Source: an uncultured Candidatus Saccharibacteria bacterium | GTDB lineage: Bacteria; Patescibacteriota; Saccharimonadia; Saccharimonadales; EFPC-124 | Length of the DNA: 37,547 nt | Assembly (NCBI GenBank): GCA_964436805.1 | Contig: CAYTEG010000004.1 | Coordinates: 1-37,547 of the forward strand | Direction: 5' to 3' | Shown: positions 8,256 through 18,096 of the stretch, piece after piece | Layout of the letters: the number at the start of each line of letters is the position of its first letter | How positions within the stretch are numbered: position 1 is the stretch's first letter | Translations under genes and position numbers: made by a program | The notes under the pieces: model-generated | The model's input: the letters and a program-made list of their open reading frames with translations, nothing else | The model's database searches: none | What the model was told of the DNA's origin: nothing

Positions 8256-9293
8256 TTATTTGTCGCAATTAGCGTCAGAAACAATAGTTATGACTATATT
8301 CCGCGCTGTTGACTTAGCAGCTTCGTCGTTTTCGAGCCCACTACCGTACGCACCTACATTACTGGGTGCGTCGAGCACAACATATGCTGCTGGCACCCCT
8401 TGGGCTTTGAGCGTATCAATAACCTTCTGTGCGCGTTGGTTGGCAAACGATAAGTCGGCTGCTGCCGTGGTTGCAACGTTTCCTTGTACGTGAATGGTGA
8501 ATGATTTTGCGCTATTCGACTTATAAAAATCGGCAAAAGCGGTAATTGTGTCTGCGGCTAGTTGTGCGTTGTCGTAGTTTAAGGAATCAGCCAAAAAGTG
8601 CAGGTTTTGGGTATATTCTACCGTGCTTTCTGGTGAGTACAGTGCGTCACTTGGCCGCGAGCCGCCGTTTATGTCGGAGTAAACGCCGTTATAGTCGCTC
8701 GATACTAAGCACTTATTGGCAGCAGGTGTTGGGGTGGTGGCTGCTGTAGAGGGCTGGCTTGTATCGCTACTGCTTGATGGCATAAGTTTGAGCGCGTTTT
8801 GGCTATACACAAACGAATCCACGCCCCACTTGCCATTACTGTTTTTTACAATAACGCGGGCGTATTTATTGCTGGAGCCGTCAAGCGTGTACAAGTAATA
8901 GCCAGTGTCAGACTGAAATTGGCTCTCGGATAGCTTAGACGTGCCTTTTACCTTGGTTGCGCTTGACGCTATAAAATCTTTATTTTCCTGGCTGGTCGTA
9001 GTACTTAACGCGGCTGCCTCATCTGTTTTACCGGTCGTGATGGCCTGCATAAAAGCGTTTGCTGCCTGCATTGCCTGCGCTGACGGGCTAAACATAGTTG
9101 TGTATATAAAATAGGCCGCAACAGCAAGCGCAATAACTGCCGCACCCACGATAAGGCCAATGATCAGGCCTTTTGGTTTGCCACCAGGCTGTTTTGCTAA
9201 AGGCGGCGCAGATGGCGGCGGGCTTGTTGGCGGTTGCATTACCGTTTGCGGCATTTGTGGCGGGGTGTTTGGTTCTGTTGATTGAGGGTTCAT
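8256..9293 (-). CDS. Single-TM protein with C-terminal OmpA-like (peptidoglycan-binding) domain
   Basis: Pro-rich N-terminus, TM, NTF2/DUF4878-like segment, S/T linker, then IHVQGN...LSFANQRAQKVIDTLKAQGVP...ARNIVITI. Confidence 0.65.
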   Translation of the reverse strand: MNPQSTEPNTPPQMPQTVMQPPTSPPPSAPPLAKQPGGKPKGLIIGLIVGAAVIALAVAAYFIYTTMFSPSAQAMQAANAFMQAITTGKTDEAAALSTTTSQENKDFIASSATKVKGTSKLSESQFQSDTGYYLYTLDGSSNKYARVIVKNSNGKWGVDSFVYSQNALKLMPSSSSDTSQPSTAATTPTPAANKCLVSSDYNGVYSDINGGSRPSDALYSPESTVEYTQNLHFLADSLNYDNAQLAADTITAFADFYKSNSAKSFTIHVQGNVATTAAADLSFANQRAQKVIDTLKAQGVPAAYVVLDAPSNVGAYGSGLENDEAAKSTARNIVITIVSDANCDK

Positions 9294-9397
9294 ATGGTTC
9301 CTTTTATAAGCATTACCTTTATACTAAAGTCAAAAGGGTAAAAGCTCAAGCCCCGCAGTCCATCACTTCTAACCTTAACCATGTTACACTAGCATAC

Positions 9398-10714
9398 ATG
9401 AAGGTTATTGAGCCTTTATCTAAAAACATCAAGCCCGACCTAGATCCGTCGGCGGGTAAAAAGACGCACCTTGCAGCAGTGCCTGTTACGCATTCGCCGG
9501 CGCCACCTTTGCCAGGTGTGTTGCCGCAAAATGCAGCCCCTCACGCCGAGCCACTCACCAACGAGGATAAAGATACTCGCTGGACATACGCACCATATCT
9601 TTTCGTTTTTGGCGCGCTCCCCGGTGTATTTTACTACGTGCTGTACAGCTTTGTTGCGACGCACATCCCAGGGAGCGTATGTGCGCAGATTATTGCGTCT
9701 GATTGCTCGCATACATTGCTAACCGGCGTGCTCACCGCTGCCGCTTTGTTTTTAGCTGGTGGCGTTATAGGCAGCCTTATGCTCCGCAAAAATTTTTTAC
9801 TGCCATTTTTTATAGGCGGTTTGGGTGTTGCGTTGTTTACTTTTTTGGAATTTGCAATGCTCGCCAACCGTTACCTTTTGCCGGCGCTGTCGTGGCTATA
9901 TACCCAGCATATTTTAAACGAGTGGGTCATTCCGGCGGCTCTTGGCGGTATTTTTGTGGCGCTGGCGAGCGCTGCAACGTTTTATCTGCAAAAGAAAACA
10001 AAGGTGTTAATTGGCGCGGCCGCAGTGGTTGCGAGCGCCTTGCTTATTGTATTTTTACCAAACGCCAGTGCCAATTTTGCCGCCCAACAAACGCAGGCGG
10101 CTGTTAAAGACCGCCACGAAGAACTTATTACGCTCATGCAAAAGTCCGACGTGCCGCTGTATACCCCCAAAAATTACAGTGGCCCGCTTACGGTCACCTC
10201 GTTTACTACCTCGATCGGCAACCAATATTTCGAACCTGGTTACGAAGTGATTTATAATTTTACTAACCCTTACCACGCCCAACTCGGCGCAGCCCGCATA
10301 TATATCCACAAAGCCGCGGCCACCGGCTTTAACCCGCCTACTACCTGCGGCGAAAACGCCTTGCCGCATGTTTCGAGCGGGCCGGTTGTTGCTACATTTG
10401 TGCCATGCAGCTTGTTTATAACCACCGCAAAGGGCCGGCAGGTGTATGGCTATGTTCCGTCGTGGAAGTTTGGGCAGCTCCACATAAAAGAAGGCTCAGC
10501 CGAGGCGAGTGCCGTGCCGCCAGATACGTATTATGTGCACATTAATGATATTGTTTTAAGCTTTAACGGCCCCACTGCAAACGGGCGTGAGGATACCGTC
10601 GAAACCAAAACGCCACTTACACCTGCAGTTATCGAACAATTCGTCGATAGCCTAGAACCATTGCAAGGCAATGACCTAGTGCAGTTCGCCCATTCCTATC
10701 TTAAGAATCAGTAG
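9398..10714 (+). CDS. Membrane protein (about 5 TM) with C-terminal extracellular domain
   Basis: ORF 9173..10714; start moved to ATG 9398 (TGtTACACT 7 nt upstream, no overlap with the divergent gene). Confidence 0.65.
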   Translation: MKVIEPLSKNIKPDLDPSAGKKTHLAAVPVTHSPAPPLPGVLPQNAAPHAEPLTNEDKDTRWTYAPYLFVFGALPGVFYYVLYSFVATHIPGSVCAQIIASDCSHTLLTGVLTAAALFLAGGVIGSLMLRKNFLLPFFIGGLGVALFTFLEFAMLANRYLLPALSWLYTQHILNEWVIPAALGGIFVALASAATFYLQKKTKVLIGAAAVVASALLIVFLPNASANFAAQQTQAAVKDRHEELITLMQKSDVPLYTPKNYSGPLTVTSFTTSIGNQYFEPGYEVIYNFTNPYHAQLGAARIYIHKAAATGFNPPTTCGENALPHVSSGPVVATFVPCSLFITTAKGRQVYGYVPSWKFGQLHIKEGSAEASAVPPDTYYVHINDIVLSFNGPTANGREDTVETKTPLTPAVIEQFVDSLEPLQGNDLVQFAHSYLKNQ

Positions 10715-10728
10715 GGTACAATACATAT

Positions 10729-11037
10729 ATGCCTACAAAAATCTCTGGCGGCACCGTGCACACTATGCCTGCGGATTTACGCAAAGCCTTGCTTGCCAGC
10801 CCCAAAGTGTTGGCGCTGTGGGAAGATATCACCCCCCTCGCCCGCAACGAATATATTTGCTGGGTGGTCAACGCTAAAATGATCGAAACCCGCAAGCGCC
10901 GCGTTAGGCGCACCGGCGAAGAACTGCTAGAGGGCAAACGCCGGCCGTGCTGCTGGGTCGGCTGTATTCACCGCACCGATAAGCCACTGAGCGCATCGGC
11001 AAAATGGGTGCTCGCCAAACAAGCTAAAAAATCTTAG
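10729..11037 (+). CDS. YdeI/OmpD-associated family protein
   Basis: [49 protein letters not shown]. Confidence 0.85.
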   Translation: MPTKISGGTVHTMPADLRKALLASPKVLALWEDITPLARNEYICWVVNAKMIETRKRRVRRTGEELLEGKRRPCCWVGCIHRTDKPLSASAKWVLAKQAKKS

Positions 11038-11393
11038 CTGGCTTTACGCAAAATTTTTTCCATCGGCCGGCCTTTTGCCAGTTCGTCAATAAGTTTGTCC
11101 ATGTAGCGGATTTCGCGCATCGTGGGCTCTTTTATTTCTTCGAGCCGCACACCGCAAATCATGCCGGTAATTAAGCTGCGCGCCGGGTTTAGCCGTGGCG
11201 CTTCGGCAAAAAATTCTTCGAGCGTCGTTTGTTTGGCGATTTGTGCGTGCAGCTCTTTTTGGTTATAGCCAGTAAGCCAGCAAATAACCTCTTCGACCTC
11301 GGCTTTGGTGCGTGCTTTGCGTTCGACTTTGGTAATGTACAGCGGGTACACACGGGCAAAAGTTATAGTGTAAATGCGGTGGGATGTGTTCAT
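11034..11393 (-). CDS. DUF2200 family protein
   Basis: [29 protein letters not shown]...[23 protein letters not shown]. Confidence 0.9.
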   Translation of the reverse strand: MNTSHRIYTITFARVYPLYITKVERKARTKAEVEEVICWLTGYNQKELHAQIAKQTTLEEFFAEAPRLNPARSLITGMICGVRLEEIKEPTMREIRYMDKLIDELAKGRPMEKILRKAS

Positions 11394-11467
11394 AGTCGCA
11401 TCACCATCTTAGCAAATGGCGCCCAGCTGCGATAGCAAAGTGCTTACATAGCCGTTACAATAAAAGT

Positions 11468-12751
11468 ATGTCAGAAGCTACCGATCGGAATCCTCACGAC
11501 GACCCTACCCAAGAGTCGTTGGATGAGCCTACAGACAGCAAAGCAGCAGTCCACCTTGCCCGCTATCAAAAAAACGAAGCCGGCCAGCCAATGCCTGCCC
11601 CGCCTCTGCCAGAGGTAGAAGATGCAATTTATCGCCATTTCGAAAAAATAGCACAAGAAATGAGCGAGACGCTTACGTCTAAAGAAGATGGCCTCGATAT
11701 GGCAAGGGCCCGAGAATTTATTGAATTACTTGGTTTAAGCCCCGACGCCCAAATATTTATCCTCGACGACGATGATTATGCAATATACGAAGAACGTTTT
11801 GCGGCATTGCTTAATACGGCTATGAGCGAACGCGAAGGTTCTTATGCGCCGTCGGCAAATATTGTTGCCGTGCACCGTGACCGCGCGCTCGAGGAGCGTT
11901 TTGGCCCGGCTATTACCGAGTACCGTTTGATACATGAGTTAGCCCACGCATCGGCCAAAGGCCAATCCTATTTATATACCGCCAATGACGAGGCGGGTAA
12001 GGATATAGAAATAATGCCTGGGCGCGTCGGCTACCTTACGGTTGTCGCTGGCAACCGCGAAGAATTTAGCGGCAGTTACCTAGAAGAAGGGTTTGCCGAC
12101 ATGATTGCCTGGCAATATGTTGTCGAGGCCGGCATTACGGCCGGGTTTGGCGACAACACCGAGCCATTGGTTTTGTCTACTATGGATGGAGTGGTTGAAG
12201 TGTCGGTAGATATGCAAATAGACGGCGACGCCACCAAAGCGGCCGTTGCCACGACTGGCTTACGCCTTTTGTTTAAAGAAGACCCGACGTTACTTGAGTC
12301 GTTTATTGCTGCCCGAAATGACCCAAAAGCGGCAAAAGAAGTAGCCGTTAAAATAACCAACATTGGCCAAAAGATAGGGTACCCAACCTTGTACAGGGAT
12401 ATATGGAAATGCGGCATTGGGCTCGACGATTTTATCGACACAACCCGAAAAATTGTCTTAGCCATCGACCCTGCCCTCGCCGCCCAATGGGACGAACGCG
12501 ACTTTGCGTCGGAAAATGACGGGGACGAAGATGAGGAAGGCAAAGTTGATACTGGCCCTACCACCGACACAAGTACCGCCGAAGATTTTAATGCTGATTT
12601 AGCCTTTATTGACGAGCGGATTAACCTGTTATTAGCACAGGCAGCCGGCAGAGAATTGACGCCTGCCGAGAGCCAACAACTAGATAATCTTAAGTCTAAC
12701 CGGCAGCTTACGCTCGATGAGTTAAAAGCGGCTTTACGAGCTAAGGTTTAG
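11468..12751 (+). CDS. Acidic protein with zincin-type HExxH motif
   Basis: LIHELAHA plus downstream LEEGFAD (gluzincin-like third ligand); no signal peptide. Confidence 0.65.
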   Translation: MSEATDRNPHDDPTQESLDEPTDSKAAVHLARYQKNEAGQPMPAPPLPEVEDAIYRHFEKIAQEMSETLTSKEDGLDMARAREFIELLGLSPDAQIFILDDDDYAIYEERFAALLNTAMSEREGSYAPSANIVAVHRDRALEERFGPAITEYRLIHELAHASAKGQSYLYTANDEAGKDIEIMPGRVGYLTVVAGNREEFSGSYLEEGFADMIAWQYVVEAGITAGFGDNTEPLVLSTMDGVVEVSVDMQIDGDATKAAVATTGLRLLFKEDPTLLESFIAARNDPKAAKEVAVKITNIGQKIGYPTLYRDIWKCGIGLDDFIDTTRKIVLAIDPALAAQWDERDFASENDGDEDEEGKVDTGPTTDTSTAEDFNADLAFIDERINLLLAQAAGRELTPAESQQLDNLKSNRQLTLDELKAALRAKV

Positions 12752-12826
12752 CTTCCAATAGATCATTTTGGAGTAATATATAGCTATGAGCGTAGCGACA
12801 ACCGAGCGTTTAAGACGGAGGCAACT

Positions 12827-13675
12827 ATGAAACCACGCCAAACAAAAAACGACGTCATATTGGTAAGCCTTGCGGCCGGTTTTACGCTTGTCACTACAAT
12901 TGCCAGTTTGGCCATGAACAACCTTAGCACTATGCAGCTCCTGGGTACGACCCAAACGCTGCTTTTGGTGGCGTTTGCAGTGTGGCATGCCATCATGCGC
13001 TACGGGTTTAAAGGCCTGGCGGTGTTCTTTTTAGCCTCGCAAATTGTCAGCCATGCGCTCGAGAACCTAAGCATTTCGACTGGCTTCCCCTTTGGTAATT
13101 ACCATTACAGCCAGGGCTTGGCGTTTTTGTTTCAGGTACCGATTGTTATTGGCATCGCCTATTTTGCCTACGGCTATTTGGCCTGGATGGTCGCCAATGT
13201 GCTGCTTGGCAAACTCGACGAGCGCCTAAAACAATGGGCGACGGTTATTTTGCCGCTCACGGCCGCCTTTGTAATGGTGATGTGGGATGTGGTGATGGAT
13301 CCGATCAACTCGACCGTCAGGCATTATTGGATTTGGGAAGAAGGCGGCGGCTACAACGGTGTGCCGCTCACTAACTACTTGGGTTGGTTTTTAACAGTGT
13401 ACTTGTTTTACCAGATTTTTGCGCTGTACGTACGCGCCTACGCGCCATCTGTTAAACAGGCCAGCGCCGTATTTTGGGCAACTCCTGTTGTAGTATATTT
13501 AGTAACTGGGCTGTCGTTTGTACTTATGTATTTTGTTGTCGATGCCGCGGTTGTGACCGACGCCGCCGGCCATGTTTGGGATAAACGGGGCATTTACGAA
13601 ACCGCCGCGGTTGTAAGTTTGTTTACCATGGTATTTACGTCGTTTTTGGCGATCGTTAAGCTCAAAAAACTTTAG
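12827..13675 (+). CDS. Carotenoid biosynthesis family membrane protein (CruF/DUF422-like)
   Basis: ENLSISTGFPFGNYHY, VP, WDVVMDP, YWIW, GVPLTNYLGW motifs; GGAGG SD. Confidence 0.85.
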   Translation: MKPRQTKNDVILVSLAAGFTLVTTIASLAMNNLSTMQLLGTTQTLLLVAFAVWHAIMRYGFKGLAVFFLASQIVSHALENLSISTGFPFGNYHYSQGLAFLFQVPIVIGIAYFAYGYLAWMVANVLLGKLDERLKQWATVILPLTAAFVMVMWDVVMDPINSTVRHYWIWEEGGGYNGVPLTNYLGWFLTVYLFYQIFALYVRAYAPSVKQASAVFWATPVVVYLVTGLSFVLMYFVVDAAVVTDAAGHVWDKRGIYETAAVVSLFTMVFTSFLAIVKLKKL

Positions 13676-14721
13676 TAACGGCTTGTTTTGTTAAACACGT
13701 AGGCGGCGTACAAAAACATCGCGCCACCGATAATAGAAAGTAGCATCGTGGTGAGGCTGGCGAACATTGGCGCTTGGCCGGTCGTGAGCCACACTAACCG
13801 GATCATCAACAACACGAGCCCACCCATTGCCATGGCGACCGCCGCCACAATAAGGCACAAAATCGCTTTTTTATACAGCGACCCAACTTTGCGCACGACC
13901 GCCCGGCCAAGCGCCACGCTTATGCAGGCAAAAACGGTAAGCAGCCCGACGCCGACAACCGACGCGTCGTAAATAGGTTCGGGCAGGTCGGTTGCTGCGT
14001 GCGGCAGTAAAATACACACAATTACTACTGGCACGACGGCAAATGCGACGTTTTTAAAAGCGACAAGCGCCGAGTTTATACTTAACTGCTTGGCAAATGT
14101 ACGGAACGCCAGGTACAGAAAAATACCAATCGCCGCGTCGAACACCGTAAACGCCCATGTTTTGACCCACCACGAATCTGCCAAAATACCAAACAGCGTA
14201 AATTGGCCAATCAGCAGTGCGCTACACATAACCACAAGGCAAAGCATGACGTACGCCTGCCGCAGCTGCTTGTTGAACGTGCGGGCAGCTTCGGCCAGCA
14301 AAAAGATGGCGCCGACACAAAATGTTACAAAGCCAGCTAAATACGGTGTTTGCGGCACGGCCGACGACCCGCCGGCCAGGCCAATGCCCAGCCCTAGCCC
14401 GACCGACAGGCCAATAATAACCCCCACTAACACCCTTAGTCGGTTGTAGCGCTGGTGACCTTGTATATTTTCGTACAGTTTTTGCTCTAAAACGTCAGGT
14501 TCGAAGCGCCGGAACGGATCTTCTTTTACCAAATAATCTTTTAGTTTAGATTGCAGGCCAAGCAACACTTGTTCGTCTTGCGGCGCCAGCGGGCTGTTGG
14601 CGTCTTGCCGCGACGTGATAACTCGCAAACGGTCGAGCCATGGGTCGATATGCTTCACGTCCGAAACAAGCGACGCGAGGTATAAAATGTTATTAACAAG
14701 AGTTTGGTGGGTTTCGGTCAT
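13672..14721 (-). CDS. Membrane protein, N-terminal soluble helical domain plus about 8 TM
   Basis: Hydropathy pattern of the 349-aa ORF. Confidence 0.7.
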   Translation of the reverse strand: MTETHQTLVNNILYLASLVSDVKHIDPWLDRLRVITSRQDANSPLAPQDEQVLLGLQSKLKDYLVKEDPFRRFEPDVLEQKLYENIQGHQRYNRLRVLVGVIIGLSVGLGLGIGLAGGSSAVPQTPYLAGFVTFCVGAIFLLAEAARTFNKQLRQAYVMLCLVVMCSALLIGQFTLFGILADSWWVKTWAFTVFDAAIGIFLYLAFRTFAKQLSINSALVAFKNVAFAVVPVVIVCILLPHAATDLPEPIYDASVVGVGLLTVFACISVALGRAVVRKVGSLYKKAILCLIVAAVAMAMGGLVLLMIRLVWLTTGQAPMFASLTTMLLSIIGGAMFLYAAYVFNKTSRY

Positions 14722-14736
14722 ATTTTTATAGGTGTT

Positions 14737-15228
14737 TTAGGATTTACCCTCAAATGCGGCTTCGAGCGCTGCGACGTCGATTTTGTGCATGGCCATCATC
14801 GCCTTCATGGCGCGGTTGGCTTTTTGGGTGTCAGGGTCGCTAATAAGTTCGCCCAGGCGCTTTGGGATAATTTGCCAGCTAATCCCAAATTTGTCTTTGC
14901 ACCAGCCGCATTGTTCGGCTTTGGGGTCACTCGACAACCTTTCCCAGTAATAGTCGACTTCGGCTTGGTCTTTGCAATCTACCATAAACGAAACCGCTTC
15001 GTTTGGTTTAAAAATTGGGCCGCCGTCCAGGCAAATAAATTTTTGGCCGTCGAGCTCGAACTCGCCGTTAATTACTTTGCCGCCCATGCCTTTAAAGTGC
15101 TCGTCTAAAGATTCGTCGGGGTACTTATCGACCCGCAAAATTTTGGAGTTTTTAAACACGCTCACGTAATAATTCATCGCCTCTTCGGCGTTCATGTCGA
15201 ACCATAAACAAGCTGCTATTTTTTGCAT
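14737..15228 (-). CDS. VOC family protein (PhnB / 3-demethylubiquinone-9 3-methyltransferase-like)
   Basis: MQKIAACLWF..AEEAMNYY..F, QAEVDYYWERLS, CGWCKDKFGISWQI. Confidence 0.9.
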   Translation of the reverse strand: MQKIAACLWFDMNAEEAMNYYVSVFKNSKILRVDKYPDESLDEHFKGMGGKVINGEFELDGQKFICLDGGPIFKPNEAVSFMVDCKDQAEVDYYWERLSSDPKAEQCGWCKDKFGISWQIIPKRLGELISDPDTQKANRAMKAMMAMHKIDVAALEAAFEGKS

Positions 15229-15296
15229 AGTTGTCCTTTTTTGTTAGGTGCCTATCATGTTTATTATAACGAATTGCCTTGAGGGTGCTAATTCTT

Positions 15297-17045
15297 TTAG
15301 CGTAGTTTGCCTATAATAACGGCCGCAATCCACACCAGCGCAATGCCGCCAGGGATTATGAGTAGCCACGCGAGGTCTGGGTTATTTGATTGAGGCTGGT
15401 CGGTTGTGTTTTGGTTTTGAGTGTTATTGTGCGTGGTCGTTGGCGAGGTTTCGGCTGGCGTTGATGCTGCAGTTGTGGCTGGTGTTTCTTCGGTTACGGC
15501 CGCATTGGTTGTTGACGATGCTGTGGCTGCGCTCCCCAATGACGACCCGCTGCTGCTTACCGCGGCCGCCACTGTGCTGGTAATAAACCCAAGCCACACG
15601 CCGTTGCCTTTGGCGTTGTTTGCCCGCACTTGTATGTAATAAGTGGTGGATGGGCTCAGGTTGGTGATTGTGTATGTAAGCGTCGCAGCCGACAAGCCAG
15701 ATACATCGTTATTAAACGTGGTACCGTCGGTGCCCCACTGCAAATCGTAGCTGGTGACGGCGCTGCCGCCGGTGTCGGCTGGTGGATCCCACATGACTTT
15801 TAGCGTGGTGTCGCCGCGCGTGACGCGCACGTTGTCGGGCCGCCCTGGTACGCTTTGCAAGGTTGGGTAGCTAGTAGCGTTGGTGCGCCAAATGGTCGAA
15901 AAATCCCAGTGGTTGAGCGGCGCGTTGGTGTGGTTGTTAAAAAAGTAGTTGGGCGCGGCGTTCGACACATTTACGCCCGTGCAGTCGACGGTGATTTGCA
16001 AATCCCCCACGCAGTCGGCTTGGCCGCTGCGCGAAACGTCCCAGTAGCTGCTAATAATGTCACCTGGTAGTCCAGCGTTGGTAACGCCCACAAAGCCGCC
16101 CGCAGTAAAGCCGCTCACGCTGCCAACCGAAAAGCTGTCGGTAATAACGCCGTCGTCGAGCCCGCCGGCAAAACCGCCCACGTTGCTGCCGGTGGCGGTT
16201 ACACTACCGCTGGCGTAGGCGTGCACGTAGGCGCTGTCGTTTACGCGGCCCGACATGCCGCCAACGTAGTTGTGGCCAGTCACGTTGGCGGTGGTAAAAC
16301 TGTCTTCGATGTTGGCGCCGTTGCCGTCGGTGCCGGCAAACCCGCCGGTGTACTGCGCCTGCGTTGGGTCGTCGATGTTGGCGGTCACACCACCACCCAG
16401 CACATAACTGCGGCTGACGTCGGCCATGTTAACTTCGCCGGCAAACCCGCCAATTTCGCTGGTTGCGCCCGAGCTATTGGTGCCGTTAACGGTGGTGTTA
16501 GAGGTGCCGCTGTCGGACGCGCTGCAGCGGAACAAACTGCCAGCCAGGCCACCAATAAGCGCCAAGCCCATGGCGTTGCTGTTAGTAATGGTGACGTGTT
16601 CGATACTGCAAAACCCGGCCGTGCCGCCAGTGAGCACACCCACGTAACTTTCGCCCTGCACCGCCGAATCGGTGATGGTGAGGTTGCTCACCGTTGCGCC
16701 GTTTACAAGGCGGAACATGCCTACATGGTGGCCCGAAAGTTCAATAGCGTTTATACCACTTATGGTGTTAAAGCCGCCGTCGAGCGTGCCGGTAAAACCG
16801 GGGCCGGTGTTGCCAATGGGGGTAAACATCGACGCCGAGCAGTCGATATTATTCATTATTTTGTAGCTAGCGGCGAGGTCGCTGCCAATTTCTTGCAGCT
16901 GGGCGCAGGTAGTGATTTTGAACGGGTTAATTGGCGTGCCCGCGCCCGCACCGCTAAACGCCAACGCAGCGGGAACGTTAAAAAACGACGCAAAAACGCT
17001 CAGCAAAAATAACGCAGCAAACACCAGGCTCTCTCGTCGCCTCAT
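15297..17045 (-). CDS. Surface protein: GLUG-motif beta-helix + fibronectin type III domain + S/T linker + C-terminal TM
   Basis: Signal peptide from ATG 17045; FSGAGAGT..PF.I start; repeated VGG(L/F)AG; WDPPADTGGSAVTSY..LSPSTTYYIQVRA.N..G.G; C-terminal hydrophobic helix ending KLR. Confidence 0.85.
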   Translation of the reverse strand: MRRRESLVFAALFLLSVFASFFNVPAALAFSGAGAGTPINPFKITTCAQLQEIGSDLAASYKIMNNIDCSASMFTPIGNTGPGFTGTLDGGFNTISGINAIELSGHHVGMFRLVNGATVSNLTITDSAVQGESYVGVLTGGTAGFCSIEHVTITNSNAMGLALIGGLAGSLFRCSASDSGTSNTTVNGTNSSGATSEIGGFAGEVNMADVSRSYVLGGGVTANIDDPTQAQYTGGFAGTDGNGANIEDSFTTANVTGHNYVGGMSGRVNDSAYVHAYASGSVTATGSNVGGFAGGLDDGVITDSFSVGSVSGFTAGGFVGVTNAGLPGDIISSYWDVSRSGQADCVGDLQITVDCTGVNVSNAAPNYFFNNHTNAPLNHWDFSTIWRTNATSYPTLQSVPGRPDNVRVTRGDTTLKVMWDPPADTGGSAVTSYDLQWGTDGTTFNNDVSGLSAATLTYTITNLSPSTTYYIQVRANNAKGNGVWLGFITSTVAAAVSSSGSSLGSAATASSTTNAAVTEETPATTAASTPAETSPTTTHNNTQNQNTTDQPQSNNPDLAWLLIIPGGIALVWIAAVIIGKLR

Positions 17046-17120
17046 TCCCCGCAAACCCCTTATGATTAATAGTGTATAGTAAAATGCGGCCTGCGCCAAC
17101 AGGTTTGCTATGATTGTAGT

Positions 17121-17666
17121 ATGTCTATAAAAATCACCTATTTTGTGCACGGCACCACGACCGATAACGAAAAAGATATGTCCTCTGGCTGGAACGACGC
17201 GCCGCTTTCTGAGCTTGGCGAGCAGCAATCGAAAGAGCTAACCGCCAAAACGGCGCAACATACCTTTGACGTTGTGTTTACGTCGGATTTATCGCGCGCG
17301 GTTAATTCTGCCAAAATTACCTGGGGCGACAAGTACAACATTGTGCAAGATGCGCGCCTGCGCGAGTGTAACTACGGCGACTACAACGGCAAGCCCAGTG
17401 TAGTTGTTGAGCCGCTGCAAGAAAAATCAATCACCACGCCCATGCCCGGCGGCGAAAGTTACGAGCAGGTTAAACAAAGAATCGCCGCGTTTTTAGCCGA
17501 CATAAAAAAAGATTACGACGGCAAACACATTGCAATTGTCGCCCACAAAGCGCCGCAACTGGCGCTCGATGTTTTGCTGCGCGGCATGACGTGGGAGCAG
17601 GCTTTCGCCAACGACTGGCGCGTCACAAAACAGTGGCAGCCCGGCTGGGAATATATGTTAAATTAA
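17121..17666 (+). CDS. Histidine phosphatase (phosphoglycerate mutase) family protein
   Basis: VHG (RHG variant), SDLSRA, LRECNYG, GGESY, IVAH motifs. Confidence 0.85.
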   Translation: MSIKITYFVHGTTTDNEKDMSSGWNDAPLSELGEQQSKELTAKTAQHTFDVVFTSDLSRAVNSAKITWGDKYNIVQDARLRECNYGDYNGKPSVVVEPLQEKSITTPMPGGESYEQVKQRIAAFLADIKKDYDGKHIAIVAHKAPQLALDVLLRGMTWEQAFANDWRVTKQWQPGWEYMLN

Positions 17667-17667
17667 T

Positions 17668-18096
17668 ATGGGAGTTAACGAAAATATGAATATAAAAAGC
17701 TGGCAGGTTTTAGTAGGGATTGTCGTCTTAGCGGTTGCAGGCGTCGTGGCGTGGCTGTGGTTAACGCCAAAAACCCTCGTCATCAACGAAATTGGCTTAA
17801 CGCTAAAAGCGCCCGTCGACCTTGGTAATGTTACCTACAAAACAAACGGCCCGCAAAGCATTTTAATTTACAGTAGCGCTTAGGAAGCACTCGACAAAAC
17901 CTGTAGAGAGCACCATATTGCCGAGTTACTGCTGGGCGGTACCCCAGGGATTGCGCCGGGCAGCGACATAGATATTAGCGCACATTCAAGCTACCACTAC
18001 GCGCACGTTATTATGCACCCCATGGACGCTTGCGCTGGCAATAGTGCCCAAGAAACAGCGCTGTACGACTCGGCAAAACACATGCTTTTGCCTTAA
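17668..18096 (+). pseudogene. Membrane-anchored hypothetical protein interrupted by an in-frame TAG at 17881-17883
   Basis: The frame stays open for 70 sense codons after the TAG (EALDKTCREHHI...DACAGNSAQETALYDSAKHMLLP) and ends at TAA 18094-18096, overlapping the convergent gene stop. Confidence 0.7.

Noticed and set aside
17881-17883. Amber recoding or alternative genetic code
   Set aside because: TAG and TGA end many clearly complete genes here; only one gene is interrupted.
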